From assembly GCA_005882255.1 (NCBI GenBank), contig VBEZ01000124.1:69953-133952 (forward strand): a stretch of DNA of 64,000 nt, read 5' to 3'. The position numbers were made by a program, and so were the translations under genes. The stretch's first letter is position 1; each line of letters begins with the position of its first letter. The DNA comes from Chloroflexota bacterium. Its GTDB lineage: Bacteria; Chloroflexota; Limnocylindria; P2-11E. Shown piece by piece: positions 43,775 to 54,089 of this stretch. The notes beneath the pieces are model-generated. The model was not told the DNA's origin. It saw only the letters and a program-made list of their open reading frames with translations, and searched no databases.

Positions 43775-44670
43775 TCACTTCTTGACGGCGTGACCGCCGA
43801 ATTGATTGCGCAGCGCAGCCGCGACTTTCATGGCGTACGAGTCGTCCTGTCTTGATGTGAATCGAGCGAAGAGCGAATGCGCCAGCACGGTCGCCGGTAC
43901 ATCGTGCGCGATCGCTTCTTGGATGGTCCATCGACCCTCACCGGAGTCCGCGACCCAGCCTTTGATGTTCGCCAGGTCGGGTCCCTCCTGATCGAATGCG
44001 CGCTCCGCGAGCTCGAGGAGCCACGAGCGCACGACGCTTCCCTGCAGCCAGACGCTCGCGACACGCTTCATGTCGATCTCGAATTCGCTCGCGTGGATGA
44101 GCTCGAAACCCTCGCCGTACGCCTGCATCATCCCGTACTCGATCCCGTTGTGGACCATCTTGATGAAATGGCCCGCGCCGCTCTTTCCGAAATGCGCCCA
44201 GCCGTTCGGCGGCGCGAGCGTGTCGAGCACCGGCCTCGCGCGCTCCACCGCGCGTGCCTCGCCGCCGACCATCATGCAGTAGCCGTTGTCGAGTCCCCAG
44301 ATCCCCCCGGAGACTCCGACGTCGAGATAGTCGAATCCCTGGGCCCTGTATTTCTCCGCCCGCCGCATCGAGTCGCGGAAATACGAGTTGCCCCGTCGAC
44401 GAGTACGTCACCCTTGCTCGCGTATCGTGCGAACTCGTCGAGGGTCTGATCGGTGGCCTCCCCAGCGGGCACCATCGACCAGAGGACGCGCGGGGGACGA
44501 AGCTGCTTCGTCATCTCCTCGATCGAGTAGGCGCCGACGGCGCCCTCGGCTTTCGCCTCATCGACCGGGCCGGGGCTGCGATTTCCCGCCACGACGTGGT
44601 GCCCGCCGCGGACCAGACGCGTGACCATGTTGCCGCCCATCCGGCCCAGGCCGTACAGCCCGATCTCCAT
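43775..44670 (-). pseudogene. gnd: 6-phosphogluconate dehydrogenase (short NAD-type Gnd) interrupted by a -1 frameshift in a G-run
   Basis: The N-terminal part MEIGLYGLGRMGGNM...DVLVDG is in one frame (44272..44670). The C-terminal part (N)SYFRDSMRRAEKYRAQGFDYLDVGVSGG... is in another (43775..44384). Plus-strand ccccg at 44391-44395 (minus-strand GGGGC) has 5 nt where GGNGGC needs 6. Confidence 0.75.
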
Positions 44671-44731
44671 GCCGTCACCCCCGTGGTGCGACCGAGGATA
44701 TTCGGTCCACGCCCTCTTCCTGCGGTAGGGT

Positions 44732-46597
44732 GTGGTCGTGGCGACCGTGAGCGAGACGGCGACGCGGCTCGACGTATACCGTTCGCTGGCGCGACAGCTG
44801 CGCGCCGACAGCATCCGATGCTCGACCGCCGCCGGATCCGGCCACCCGACGTCATCGCTGTCCGCGGCCGATCTCATGGCGGTGCTGCTCGCGGGCCATC
44901 TTCGCTACGACTTCGAGCGGCCGGACGTGCTCGCGAACGACCACCTCATCTTCTCCAAGGGCCACGCGTCGCCGCTCGTGTACGCGATGTTCCGCGCGGC
45001 CGGCGCGATCGACGACGCGGAGCTCATGACGTTCCGGAAGCTCGGCTCGCGCCTCGAAGGTCATCCGACGCCGATCCTTCCCTGGGTCGACGTGGCGACA
45101 GGTTCGCTGGGGCAGGGTCTGCCGATCGGTGTCGGCGTCGCGCTCGCCGGCAAACGGCTGCTGCGGGCGCCGTTCCACGTGTGGGTCGTCGTCGGCGACA
45201 GCGAATCGGCCGAGGGCTCGGTCTGGGAGGCCCTCGATCTCGCCGGCCATGAAGGCCTCGAGAACGTCACCGCGATCCTCGACGTGAACCGCCTCGGTCA
45301 GCGCGGGCCGACCGAGCTCGAGTGGGACACCGACGCGTACGCGTCGCGCGTGAAGGCATTCGGCCTCGAGGGGATCGTGATCGATGGCCACGATCTCTCG
45401 CAGATCGACGACGCGTACGAACGCGCGCGCTCGTCGAGACGACCGAACGCGATCATCGCGAAGACCGTGAAGGGCAAGGGCGTCTCCTTCCTGGAAGACA
45501 AACCGGGCTGGCATGGCAAGGCACTCGACGCGGAGCAGGCGAAGCAGGCGCTGGCGGAGCTCGGCGCCGAGCCATCGCGCGTGTTCGAGGTGCCGAGCCC
45601 GCCGGCGTGGCGGCCGGCCCCGCTTCCGCCGCGCAAGACCCCGGACCTCCGGCGTTACACCGAGCCCGTCGCAACGCGTAAGGCGTACGGCGAGGCGCTC
45701 GCGGCGCTGGGTGCCGCGCGCGCGGACGTCGTGGCGCTCGACGCCGAGGTGAGCAATTCGACCCACGCCGAGGATTTCAAGAAGACCGCCCCCGATCGCT
45801 TCTTCGAGATGTACATCGCCGAGCAGCGGATGATCGCGGTGGCGGTCGGGATGCAGGTCGTCGGCTTCGTGCCATTCGCGTCGACCTTCGCGGCGTTCCT
45901 CACGCGCGCGTATGACTTCATCCGCATGGCCGCGATCTCGCGTGCGGACATCCGTCTCTCCGGTTCGCATGCCGGAGTCTCCATCGGTGAGGACGGTCCG
46001 TCGCAGATGGCGCTCGAGGATCTCGCGATGATGCGAGCCGTGCACGGCAGCACCGTCCTGTATCCGTGCGACGCGAATCAGACCGCGAAGCTCGTCGCGG
46101 CGATGGCCGACCTGCGCGGTATCTCGTACATCCGAACGACGCGCGCGAATACTCCGATCCTCTACCGACCCGAGGACGAATTTCCGATCGGCGGAAGCCG
46201 CGTCGTGCGCGGCGGCGGTCCGGACGATCGCGTCACCGTCGTCGCGGCCGGCATCACGGTGCACGAGGGAGTGAAAGCCGCGGACGAGCTTGCGAAATCC
46301 GGCGTGAAGATCCGGCTCGTCGACGCCTACTGCGTGAAACCGCTCGACGCGCAGGGCATCGCGAAGGCGGTGCGGGAGACCGGCGGGCGCCTCGTCATCG
46401 TGGAAGACCACTGGCCCGAGGGCGGCCTCGGCGATGCGGTCGTCTCGGCCCTGGTCGGGCTCGGCGTGAACGACCTCGCGGTGCGCCACCTCGCGGTGCG
46501 CGACATGCCCGGGTCGGGCAAGCCCGCGGAGCTCGTGGAGGCGGCCGGCATCGCGGGCCGCGACATCGCCGCCGCGGTGCGCGCGCTGCTGGCTTGA
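44732..46597 (+). CDS. tkt: Transketolase
   Basis: The TPP-binding segments GSGHPTSSLSAADL and GDSESAEG, and a full-length Tkt. Confidence 0.9.
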   Translation: MVVATVSETATRLDVYRSLARQLRADSIRCSTAAGSGHPTSSLSAADLMAVLLAGHLRYDFERPDVLANDHLIFSKGHASPLVYAMFRAAGAIDDAELMTFRKLGSRLEGHPTPILPWVDVATGSLGQGLPIGVGVALAGKRLLRAPFHVWVVVGDSESAEGSVWEALDLAGHEGLENVTAILDVNRLGQRGPTELEWDTDAYASRVKAFGLEGIVIDGHDLSQIDDAYERARSSRRPNAIIAKTVKGKGVSFLEDKPGWHGKALDAEQAKQALAELGAEPSRVFEVPSPPAWRPAPLPPRKTPDLRRYTEPVATRKAYGEALAALGAARADVVALDAEVSNSTHAEDFKKTAPDRFFEMYIAEQRMIAVAVGMQVVGFVPFASTFAAFLTRAYDFIRMAAISRADIRLSGSHAGVSIGEDGPSQMALEDLAMMRAVHGSTVLYPCDANQTAKLVAAMADLRGISYIRTTRANTPILYRPEDEFPIGGSRVVRGGGPDDRVTVVAAGITVHEGVKAADELAKSGVKIRLVDAYCVKPLDAQGIAKAVRETGGRLVIVEDHWPEGGLGDAVVSALVGLGVNDLAVRHLAVRDMPGSGKPAELVEAAGIAGRDIAAAVRALLA

Positions 46598-46599
46598 CC

Positions 46600-47619
46600 G
46601 TGGGACGCTGGCTGTCGCTGACGGCGCTCTGTCTCGTGGCCATCGCCGCCATCTGCCTCGTCGATCTCCTCACCGGACCCGATATCGGCTTCTCGCTCTT
46701 CTACCTCATCCCGGTCGTCGTCACCGCCTGGTATGCCGGTCGCGTGCCGGGTGTCACGGTCGCGGTCGCCGGGGCGCTCGCCTGGCTCTTCGCCGACACG
46801 GCCAACCGCGGCATCGTGTCGCTGGGCCCCTCGATCTGGAACGGATTCACGCGTCTGGTCATCTTCATCGCGATCGCGCTGCTCCTCGATCGCCAGCGCA
46901 CGAGCTCCGCGCGTCTGGCGGTGATCGACCGCCAGCGCGAGGACTTCCTCCGCGTCCTCGATCACGAGCTGCCCCGGCCGGTCGAAGCGATCGCTGCGCT
47001 CGCGAAGAAGCTCGAGCGCGACGCGCCGGCGCACTCCGATGAACACAGCACGATCCAGGAGCTCCAACGGCGGGCGCAGGAGCTGCAGTTCCTCGCCCGC
47101 GATTTCGTGTCTCTCGGACGGCTCCAGAGCGAACGACTCCTGCTCACGCGCACGCACTCCGATCTGAACGAGATCGTTCGCGATGCGGTGCGGGCCATCG
47201 CCGACAAGCAGCGCGTGATCATCACGCTCGGCGCGGAGGCGCCGATCGTCGATGCCGACGTGAATCGACTGCGGCAGGCGATCGAGAGCGTCGTCCGCAG
47301 CGCGCTCCAGCACTCGACCGAGTACGTGAACGTCGCGGTCCGCATCGACGCGCAGTACGCCTGGGTCGACGTCAGCGACCGTTCGCGCGTGCCGCTCCGC
47401 GTCGACGATCGCGCGTTGTTCGACGATCCCCAGCGCGCCGACGACCCGCGCGCGGTCGCGGTGGCCGATCGTTTCCTGGGCCTCGAGCTCGCCCGCCTGC
47501 TCATGGAGGCCAACGGAGGGTCGCTCGACATCGAGAGCCCCTCGACCCTCGGCTCGCTCGTGCGTCTTCGGCTACCGCGCGCCACACGTCCGCCGCTCAT
47601 GCGCTCAGCGACGGCTTAG
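46600..47619 (+). CDS. Membrane sensor histidine-kinase-like protein; H-box present, ATP-lid motifs degenerate
   Basis: Four-TM N-terminus, then an H-box-like LRVLDHELPRPVEAI. G1/G2 boxes are not recognisable. GTG start 3 nt after the tkt stop. Confidence 0.55.
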   Translation: MGRWLSLTALCLVAIAAICLVDLLTGPDIGFSLFYLIPVVVTAWYAGRVPGVTVAVAGALAWLFADTANRGIVSLGPSIWNGFTRLVIFIAIALLLDRQRTSSARLAVIDRQREDFLRVLDHELPRPVEAIAALAKKLERDAPAHSDEHSTIQELQRRAQELQFLARDFVSLGRLQSERLLLTRTHSDLNEIVRDAVRAIADKQRVIITLGAEAPIVDADVNRLRQAIESVVRSALQHSTEYVNVAVRIDAQYAWVDVSDRSRVPLRVDDRALFDDPQRADDPRAVAVADRFLGLELARLLMEANGGSLDIESPSTLGSLVRLRLPRATRPPLMRSATA

Positions 47620-47638
47620 CGGCGCGCATACTCGCGCC

Positions 47639-49135
47639 GTGCTGCGCGAGCCGCTCGCGATCCCGCTCCGCGAGGCGCGCGCCCCCCTCGTACTCGCGCT
47701 CGATATCGGGACGTCGGGTCTTCGCGTCTTTCTCTTCGACTCGCGCGGACGGCCCGTCGCCGGCTGCATCGCGCACGCGGATCGACCGGTCCGCACCGCC
47801 GCCGACGGCGAGGTCACCGTGGATGCGGATGAGCGCGTGCGCGCCGCATGCCTCACGATCGACGCGGTCCTCGCGAGGGCCGGGCGCCGCGCGAGCGAGA
47901 TCGCGGCCGTGGCCGCCTCGACGTTCTGGCACAGCCTGGTCGGCGTAGACGCCGGTGGTCGGCCCACGACACGCGTGCTCACCTGGGCGGACACACGTGC
48001 GCGCGGCGCCGCCGCGGCGCTGCGTCGCGAGCTCGATCCGATCGACACGCACGCGCGCACCGGCTGCGTCCTCCACGCCTCGTACCTGCCCGCGAAGCTG
48101 CGGTGGCTCCGCGAGCATGAGACCGACGCGTACGCGCGCACGGCGTGGTGGATGTCGCTCGGCGAATACCTATTCCTTCGGATCCACGGTGCCCGGCGCG
48201 CCGGACATGGGATGGCGTCGGCCACCGGGCTGTACGACCAGCGCCTGCGCCGCTGGGATCGCCCGCTCCTCTCGCATCTCCTGGTGGGCGAGGAGACGCT
48301 CTCGCCGATCGACGACGCGCCCATCGCGCGGATGCTGCCGGCCTTCGCGCGCCGCTGGCCGGCGCTCGCCGACGCGAACTGGGTGCCCGCGATCGGCGAT
48401 GGGGCGTGCTCCAACGTGGGCGCCGGGGCGATCGGTCGCGACACCGCGTCGCTGTTCCTCGGCACCTCCGGCGCGATGCGCGTGGCATACGCGACCGACG
48501 ATCCGCCGATCGTCGAGGGTGGATGGACGTACCGGCTCGATGCGTCGCGGGTCGTGGCCGGGGGCGCTTTGTCGAACGGCGGTAACGTGCTGACCTGGTT
48601 GGCGCGCACGTTCCCGGGTCTCGACCTGGCTGCCGCGGTGCGCCGCGGCTCGGCGGACGGGGCGCTCGTCGCGCTACCGCTCTTCGCCGGCGATCGCAGC
48701 CCGACGTGGAACGACGCCGCGCGCGCGGCGGTCGCCGGCGTCGGGATCGGCACGAGCGCCGACGATGTCGCACGCGCCATGATCGAGGGCGTCGCGCATC
48801 GCGTCACGCGCCTCTGGGAGGTCACGAGCCGCGCGCTGCCGGGGATCGACCGCGTCATCGCGACCGGCGGCACGCTGCTGGCGCTGCCCTGGCTCATGCA
48901 GCTCTTCGCCGACGCGATCGACCGTCCGCTCCTCATGAGCCTCGCGGGCGAAGGATCCGCGCGCGGCGCGGCGCTCGCCGCGCTCGAACGGATCGGCGCG
49001 CTCCCGGACGTCGCGGCGGTCCGCTCGCCGTTCGGGCGCACCTTCCGGCCGCGTCCGGCCGCGACCGCTCGCCTGCGCGCCGGGATGGAGCGCCAGCGCC
49101 GGCTGGAAGAGGCTCTCGCTCCGCTGATGTCATGA
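47639..49135 (+). CDS. FGGY-family carbohydrate kinase (gluconokinase/xylulokinase-like)
   Basis: N-terminal LALDIGTSGLRVFLFD and C-terminal VIATGGTL, the FGGY hallmarks. It sits next to the pentose-phosphate genes. Confidence 0.8.
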   Translation: MLREPLAIPLREARAPLVLALDIGTSGLRVFLFDSRGRPVAGCIAHADRPVRTAADGEVTVDADERVRAACLTIDAVLARAGRRASEIAAVAASTFWHSLVGVDAGGRPTTRVLTWADTRARGAAAALRRELDPIDTHARTGCVLHASYLPAKLRWLREHETDAYARTAWWMSLGEYLFLRIHGARRAGHGMASATGLYDQRLRRWDRPLLSHLLVGEETLSPIDDAPIARMLPAFARRWPALADANWVPAIGDGACSNVGAGAIGRDTASLFLGTSGAMRVAYATDDPPIVEGGWTYRLDASRVVAGGALSNGGNVLTWLARTFPGLDLAAAVRRGSADGALVALPLFAGDRSPTWNDAARAAVAGVGIGTSADDVARAMIEGVAHRVTRLWEVTSRALPGIDRVIATGGTLLALPWLMQLFADAIDRPLLMSLAGEGSARGAALAALERIGALPDVAAVRSPFGRTFRPRPAATARLRAGMERQRRLEEALAPLMS

Positions 49136-49169
49136 TTGACAGCGCCGTCACTCGGAAGGGGAGAACGCC

Positions 49170-49733
49170 GTGGAGATCCTGATCCCGCTCGTCGTCATCG
49201 CGCTCATCGTCGTGTTCGTCATCGGCCTCTACAACCGTCTGGTCACGCTGCGTCAGCGCGTGCGCGAGGCGTGGTCGGACATCGACGTCCAGCTGAAGCG
49301 GCGCCACGACCTCATCCCGAACCTCGTCGCGACGGTCCAGGGCTACGCGGCGCACGAGAAGAGCGTCTTCGAGAACGTGACGAAGGCGCGCGCGGCCGCG
49401 GTCGCGGCGGGACAGAACGGAACGCCGCAGGAGCGCGCCGTCGCGGAGAACCAGCTGACCGCCGCGCTGCGCACCGTGTTCGCGGTCGCGGAGAACTATC
49501 CGCAGCTGCAGGCCGTGCAGGAGTTCAAGGATCTGTCCGAGAACCTGACGGCCACCGAGGACAAGATCTCGTTCGCGCGGCGCTTCTACAACGGGAACGT
49601 CCGCGACTACAACACCGCGCTGCAGACGGTCCCGACGAACCTCCTCGCAGGCATGTTCGGCTTCACACCCGAGCAGTACTTCGAGCTCGCCGACGCGACC
49701 GAACGTGAAGTCCCGAAGGTGTCGTTCAGCTAG
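49170..49733 (+). CDS. lemA: LemA-family protein
   Basis: N-terminal TM, conserved LemA core (WSDIDVQLKRRHDLIPNLV...ENYPQLQA). Confidence 0.8.
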   Translation: MEILIPLVVIALIVVFVIGLYNRLVTLRQRVREAWSDIDVQLKRRHDLIPNLVATVQGYAAHEKSVFENVTKARAAAVAAGQNGTPQERAVAENQLTAALRTVFAVAENYPQLQAVQEFKDLSENLTATEDKISFARRFYNGNVRDYNTALQTVPTNLLAGMFGFTPEQYFELADATEREVPKVSFS

Positions 49734-49738
49734 CCGGC

Positions 49739-50656
49739 GTGGCCGCTCAGCCGTCCCGGCTCAACATCTACGACGCCGTCGCCGCGAATCGCTGGCGCAC
49801 GGTCGCGCTCGTCACCGTTTTCACCGGCCTCCTCGTGGCGCTCGGGTACGTCGTCGGCGAGGTGTTCGCACCCGGCGGGGGCGTGGCGATGGTGCCACTC
49901 GCACTCGGCTTTTCGGGCGTTTCCGCTACGGCCTCGTACTTCGCCGGGGACAAGCTCGTGCTCGCGCAGAGCCAGGCGCGTGAGCTCGCACCGGGAGCGG
50001 AGCCGCAGCTACGGAACATCGTTGAGACCCTTTCGATCGGGCTCGGGATCGCTCCACCGCGTATCTATGTCATCGATGACACCGCGCCCAACGCCTTCGC
50101 GACGGGCCGTGACCCGAAGCACGCCTCGCTCGTCGTCACGCGCGGCCTGCTCGACAAGCTGGACCGCACCGAGCTCGAGGGCGTCATCGCGCACGAGATG
50201 TCGCACGTCGTCAACCGCGATATCCGCGTCATGCTTCTCGTGACGGTCCTCGTCGGCACGGTCGCCCTGCTGTCGGACTGGATGCTCCGATCCTTCGCGT
50301 GGGGTGGAGGCGGGCGCCGTGGCCGCGACCGGGGCGGCGGGGGGATCATCCTGATCATCGCGATCGCGCTCGCGATCCTCACGCCGATCGTCGCGACGCT
50401 GATCCAGCTGGCCGTTTCGCGACAGCGCGAATACCTGGCCGACGCATCCGGCGCGCTCCTGACGCGCTACCCGCTCGGCCTCGCGAATGCGCTGCGCAAG
50501 ATCGCCGCGGACACGGAGGCCCTCGAGGTCGCGAACAAGGCGACCGCATCGCTCTACATCGCGAACCCCCTCAAGGACGCGCCGCGTGCCCTGGACGGGC
50601 TGTTCGACACGCACCCTCCCATTGCCGAGCGGATCCGTCGCCTCGAGGCGATGTGA
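49739..50656 (+). CDS. htpX: M48 zinc metalloprotease (HtpX-like)
   Basis: HEMSHV zinc motif, four TMs. Confidence 0.8.
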   Translation: MAAQPSRLNIYDAVAANRWRTVALVTVFTGLLVALGYVVGEVFAPGGGVAMVPLALGFSGVSATASYFAGDKLVLAQSQARELAPGAEPQLRNIVETLSIGLGIAPPRIYVIDDTAPNAFATGRDPKHASLVVTRGLLDKLDRTELEGVIAHEMSHVVNRDIRVMLLVTVLVGTVALLSDWMLRSFAWGGGGRRGRDRGGGGIILIIAIALAILTPIVATLIQLAVSRQREYLADASGALLTRYPLGLANALRKIAADTEALEVANKATASLYIANPLKDAPRALDGLFDTHPPIAERIRRLEAM

Positions 50657-51876
50657 TGGCCGACACTCCGCCGCCGCCCGACCGCCCCTCGGAGAAGCCG
50701 ACCGAACCCACGAAGGCGCCTCCGTCCGAGAAGGCGCCCACGTCCGAGAAGGTGCCCACGTCCAAGAAGCCGGCTCCGTCCGAGAAGGCGCCCGAGCCCG
50801 CGTCATCACGCGCGCCCGTTCCCCCGCGCGGAGGCGATGCGGCGCTGCCCCTCGGATACGCGGGGATCATCGCGGTCCTGCTCGTCGTCGCGGCCATCGG
50901 TGGAGGTCTCGCGATCGGGACCATCGCGCGACCGAGTCCGACGCCTCGCCCCACGCCGGCGCCGACCGTCGCGGTCCCCACGCGAACGCCGGTGCCCACG
51001 ACCGACCCACAGGTGTTCTTCCAACAGCTGTCCGCCGGCTGCGCCACCGAGCAAGGGCTGTGGGTGGTCGCGAACGGCGGCGCCCTTCTCCGCTACGACG
51101 GTAAGGACTGGGCGCAGGTCGACAGCACGCTTCGGACCCTCACGAACGCGTCGTGCGACACCGGGACCGTCTATGCCGTCGGCCCGGTCGGCGCGGTGCT
51201 GATCGTCGACGATCGCGCGCGCTCGATCAACGCGTTCGACGTGACCGTGGAGGACCTCAGGGGCGTCGCGGCGATGTCGCAGGGCGCGATGGTCGTAGGG
51301 ACGCAGGGAATGGTCCAGCTGCTGTCGGGCGGTACGTGGCAGCCGTACGCGAGCGGCATCGAAGAGGACCTGAACGGCCTGATCGTCTTCGGTCTCGAGT
51401 CAGCCTGGGTCGTCGGCAGCCAAGGGATCAGCTACCGCCTGGAGGTCGCCGGCTGGCGGCCGGTGAAGACCGGCGTCGACGTCACGCTCCGCGCGATCGC
51501 GGGCCCGAGCATCGAGACGGCCGTCGCGGTCGGCGATGGCGGCACGATCCTCGCTCTCTCGGGGCTCACCTGGACGAAGGTCGAGTCCGGCGTCGACACT
51601 TCGCTGCGGGCCGTCGCCGCCGTTGGTTCGACGGTGTGGACCGTGGGCGACGGTGGCGTGGTGCTCACCGTCGACGGCGCCCTCGTCACAGCCGGAACGT
51701 CGATCCCGGCGAAGCCGACGGTGGTGACTCGCGTCGACATCGGGACGACGTGCTCGCTCACAAGCGTCTTCGCGCACGGTCAGGACATCTGGATCGTGGG
51801 TTCGCGCGGAGGTGTCTCGGGAGTGTGGAGACTGCGTGACGGAAAAGTCGCGGAACGCTGGGGGGAGTGCTCATGA
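50656..51876 (+). CDS. Membrane-anchored Pro-rich protein with an extracytoplasmic Ycf48/BNR-like beta-propeller
   Basis: ATG overlaps the htpX stop (TGATG). PEPT-type Pro-rich repeats, a TM helix, then repeats such as WVVANGGALLRYDGKDW, AVGDGGTILAL and TVGDGGVVLTV. Confidence 0.6.
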   Translation: MADTPPPPDRPSEKPTEPTKAPPSEKAPTSEKVPTSKKPAPSEKAPEPASSRAPVPPRGGDAALPLGYAGIIAVLLVVAAIGGGLAIGTIARPSPTPRPTPAPTVAVPTRTPVPTTDPQVFFQQLSAGCATEQGLWVVANGGALLRYDGKDWAQVDSTLRTLTNASCDTGTVYAVGPVGAVLIVDDRARSINAFDVTVEDLRGVAAMSQGAMVVGTQGMVQLLSGGTWQPYASGIEEDLNGLIVFGLESAWVVGSQGISYRLEVAGWRPVKTGVDVTLRAIAGPSIETAVAVGDGGTILALSGLTWTKVESGVDTSLRAVAAVGSTVWTVGDGGVVLTVDGALVTAGTSIPAKPTVVTRVDIGTTCSLTSVFAHGQDIWIVGSRGGVSGVWRLRDGKVAERWGECS

Positions 51877-51992
51877 GGCAGTGTCCGCATCGTTCGATGC
51901 GGAGTCGGCTGGAGCCAGCGGGCGCATCGCTCTCTCGAAAACGGACCCGGTGAGGCAGCGGGCGCATCGCTCGCTCGAAACGGGCCCGCTCC
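51874..51992. repeat. Three tandem copies of a roughly 40-nt hairpin-forming repeat
   Basis: R2 GGAGCCAGCGGGCGCATCGCTCTCTCGAAAACGGACCCGG and R3 TGAGGCAGCGGGCGCATCGCTCGCTCGAAACGGGCCCGCTCC are about 90% identical. R1 carries a 9-bp palindrome TCCGCATCG-TT-CGATGCGGA. A CT-rich tract follows. Confidence 0.6.
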
Positions 51993-52122
51993 GTTGCTCT
52001 CTGTTCCGCGAGCTGATCCCGCGGCCTCGACTCTCGCTCGCGACGCGCCCGTGGCCTCCTCCTCCATTTTCCCGTCCTCTCTCCCGCACTCTCTCGTCCG
52101 CCCCTCTTCGTAGACTCCGCGC

Positions 52123-53319
52123 ATGCCTCCACCACCGCTCGAAGGGATCCGCGTTCTCGAGGTCGGTAACTACATGGCGGGTCCGTTCTGTGGCATGCAG
52201 CTCGCGGATCTCGGGGCGGACGTCGTCAAGATCGAGGACCCGCGGGGAGGAGACCTGTCGCGACGCCTCGAGCCACTCGTCGACGGCGAAAGTGGCAACT
52301 TCGTTCGCCTGAATCGCGGCAAGCGCAGCGTCGCGCTCGATCTGAAGCAGGAGGCGGGCGCGGAGATATTCCGCCGCCTCGCCGAGCGCACCGACGCGAT
52401 CGTCGAGAACCTGCGGCCGGGCACGATGCGCGATCTCGGCCTCGATCCGCAGTCTCTGCTCGACGCGAACCCGCGCCTCATCTACGCGGCGGTGACCGGT
52501 TGGGGTCTCGACGGGCCATATGCGGACCGGCCGGCGCTCGACATCATCGTTCAGGCGATGAGCGGTCTCATGAGCGTCACGGGGGAGGAAGGCGGCGCGC
52601 CGGTGAAGGTCGGCGTCTCGATCTCCGACCTCGCGGCGGGCCTGTACGCGACGATCGGCGTGCTCGCCGCGCTCGGCGTGCGCGAACGCGAAGGCCGTGG
52701 GCAGCTGGTGGACATCTCGATGTACGAGTCGTCGGTATCGCTTGCGGTCTGGGAAGCCGGCCAGTTCTTCACCACCGGTGAGATCCTGCGCGCGGCCGGA
52801 TCGGCCCACAAGCTCGTCGGCCCGTACCAGGCCGTGCGTGCCGCGGACACGCACTTCGTGCTTGGCGCGACGACCGTGCCGACATGGCACGCCTTCTGCG
52901 TCGCGCTCGGCCTGGAGCGCCTCGAGCGCGACCCGCGTTTCGCGGACGGGACGCTCCGCCGTCGCAACCAAGCGCAGCTCATTCCGCTCATCGAGGCGGT
53001 CACCGCGACCAGACCGGCCGCGCACTGGCTCGCGGTGCTGCGAGCGGCGGGCGTGCCGTGCGGCGAGATCCAGGACTACGGCCAGGTCTTCGCCGACCCG
53101 CATCTTCGCGAGCGGGGCTTCTTCGTCGACCTGCCGCACGCGAAGCTCGGCAACGTGCGCGCGCTCGGCACTCCGCTGCGGCTACGGTCGTCGCCGGCAC
53201 GCCTGGACCGCGCCGGTCCGCTCCTCGGCGAGCACTCGGCCGAGGTGCTGCGCGAGATCGGCCACTCCGACGACGAAGTGCGCGCGTTCGTCGCGCGCGG
53301 GACCGTGGCGGCGGCATGA
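52123..53319 (+). CDS. Family III CoA-transferase (CaiB/BaiF/Frc-like)
   Basis: N-terminal GIRVLEVGNYMAGPFCGMQLADLGADVVKIE, conserved across the family. Confidence 0.85.
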   Translation: MPPPPLEGIRVLEVGNYMAGPFCGMQLADLGADVVKIEDPRGGDLSRRLEPLVDGESGNFVRLNRGKRSVALDLKQEAGAEIFRRLAERTDAIVENLRPGTMRDLGLDPQSLLDANPRLIYAAVTGWGLDGPYADRPALDIIVQAMSGLMSVTGEEGGAPVKVGVSISDLAAGLYATIGVLAALGVREREGRGQLVDISMYESSVSLAVWEAGQFFTTGEILRAAGSAHKLVGPYQAVRAADTHFVLGATTVPTWHAFCVALGLERLERDPRFADGTLRRRNQAQLIPLIEAVTATRPAAHWLAVLRAAGVPCGEIQDYGQVFADPHLRERGFFVDLPHAKLGNVRALGTPLRLRSSPARLDRAGPLLGEHSAEVLREIGHSDDEVRAFVARGTVAAA

Positions 53320-54089
53320 ACGAGGTGCTCGTCGAGCGCCGGGGCGACGTCGTGTGGCTCACGTTCAACCGGCCGGAGGCGCGCAACGCGATGACCTTCG
53401 CGATGTACGAGCGCATGGCCGAAGTCGCCGGCGAGGTGGATGCCGATCGCGGCGTACGCGCGCTGGTGCTGACCGGCGCGGGAGGCGCGTTCGTCTCGGG
53501 CACCGACATCTCGCAGTTCAGCGGATTCGCGGAGGAGCACGACGCGCTCGAGTACGAGGCGCGCATGGACGCATGGATGAGCGCGCTCGAGCGCGTGCGA
53601 GTGCCGACGATCGCGGCGCTTCGCGGTCCGGTCGTCGGCGGCGGCGCGGCCATCGCGGCCGCCTGCGATCTCCGCATCGCGGCGCCATCGGCACGCTTCG
53701 GCGTACCGGTCGCGCGCACCCTCGGGAACTGCTTCTCGATGGCGAACCTCGTGCGGCTTTCGTCGCTCATCGGCGTGGCGCGCGTGAAGGAGATCGTCTT
53801 TACCGCTCGCCTGGTCGACGCGGACGAGGCGCTGCGCATCGGCCTCTACCACGAGGTCGCGAAGGACGAGGACGCGCTCATACCGCGCGTCGATGAGCTC
53901 GCGCGGATGATCGCGTCGCACGCACCGCTCACGCTCCAGGCCACGAAGGAGGCGCTGCGGCGCATCCGCGACCGCATGCTCCCGGAAGAGAGCGCCGACC
54001 TCATCCTCCTCTGCTACATGAGCCGCGACTTCCGCGAGGGCGTGCAGGCCTTCATGGAGAAGCGCAAGCCGGTGTGGAGGGGCCAGTGA
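53316..54089 (+). CDS. Enoyl-CoA hydratase/isomerase (crotonase fold)
   Basis: Oxyanion-hole segments ALVLTGAGGAFVSGTDI and LRGPVVGGGAAIAAACD. ATG overlaps the upstream stop. Confidence 0.8.
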   Translation: MNEVLVERRGDVVWLTFNRPEARNAMTFAMYERMAEVAGEVDADRGVRALVLTGAGGAFVSGTDISQFSGFAEEHDALEYEARMDAWMSALERVRVPTIAALRGPVVGGGAAIAAACDLRIAAPSARFGVPVARTLGNCFSMANLVRLSSLIGVARVKEIVFTARLVDADEALRIGLYHEVAKDEDALIPRVDELARMIASHAPLTLQATKEALRRIRDRMLPEESADLILLCYMSRDFREGVQAFMEKRKPVWRGQ

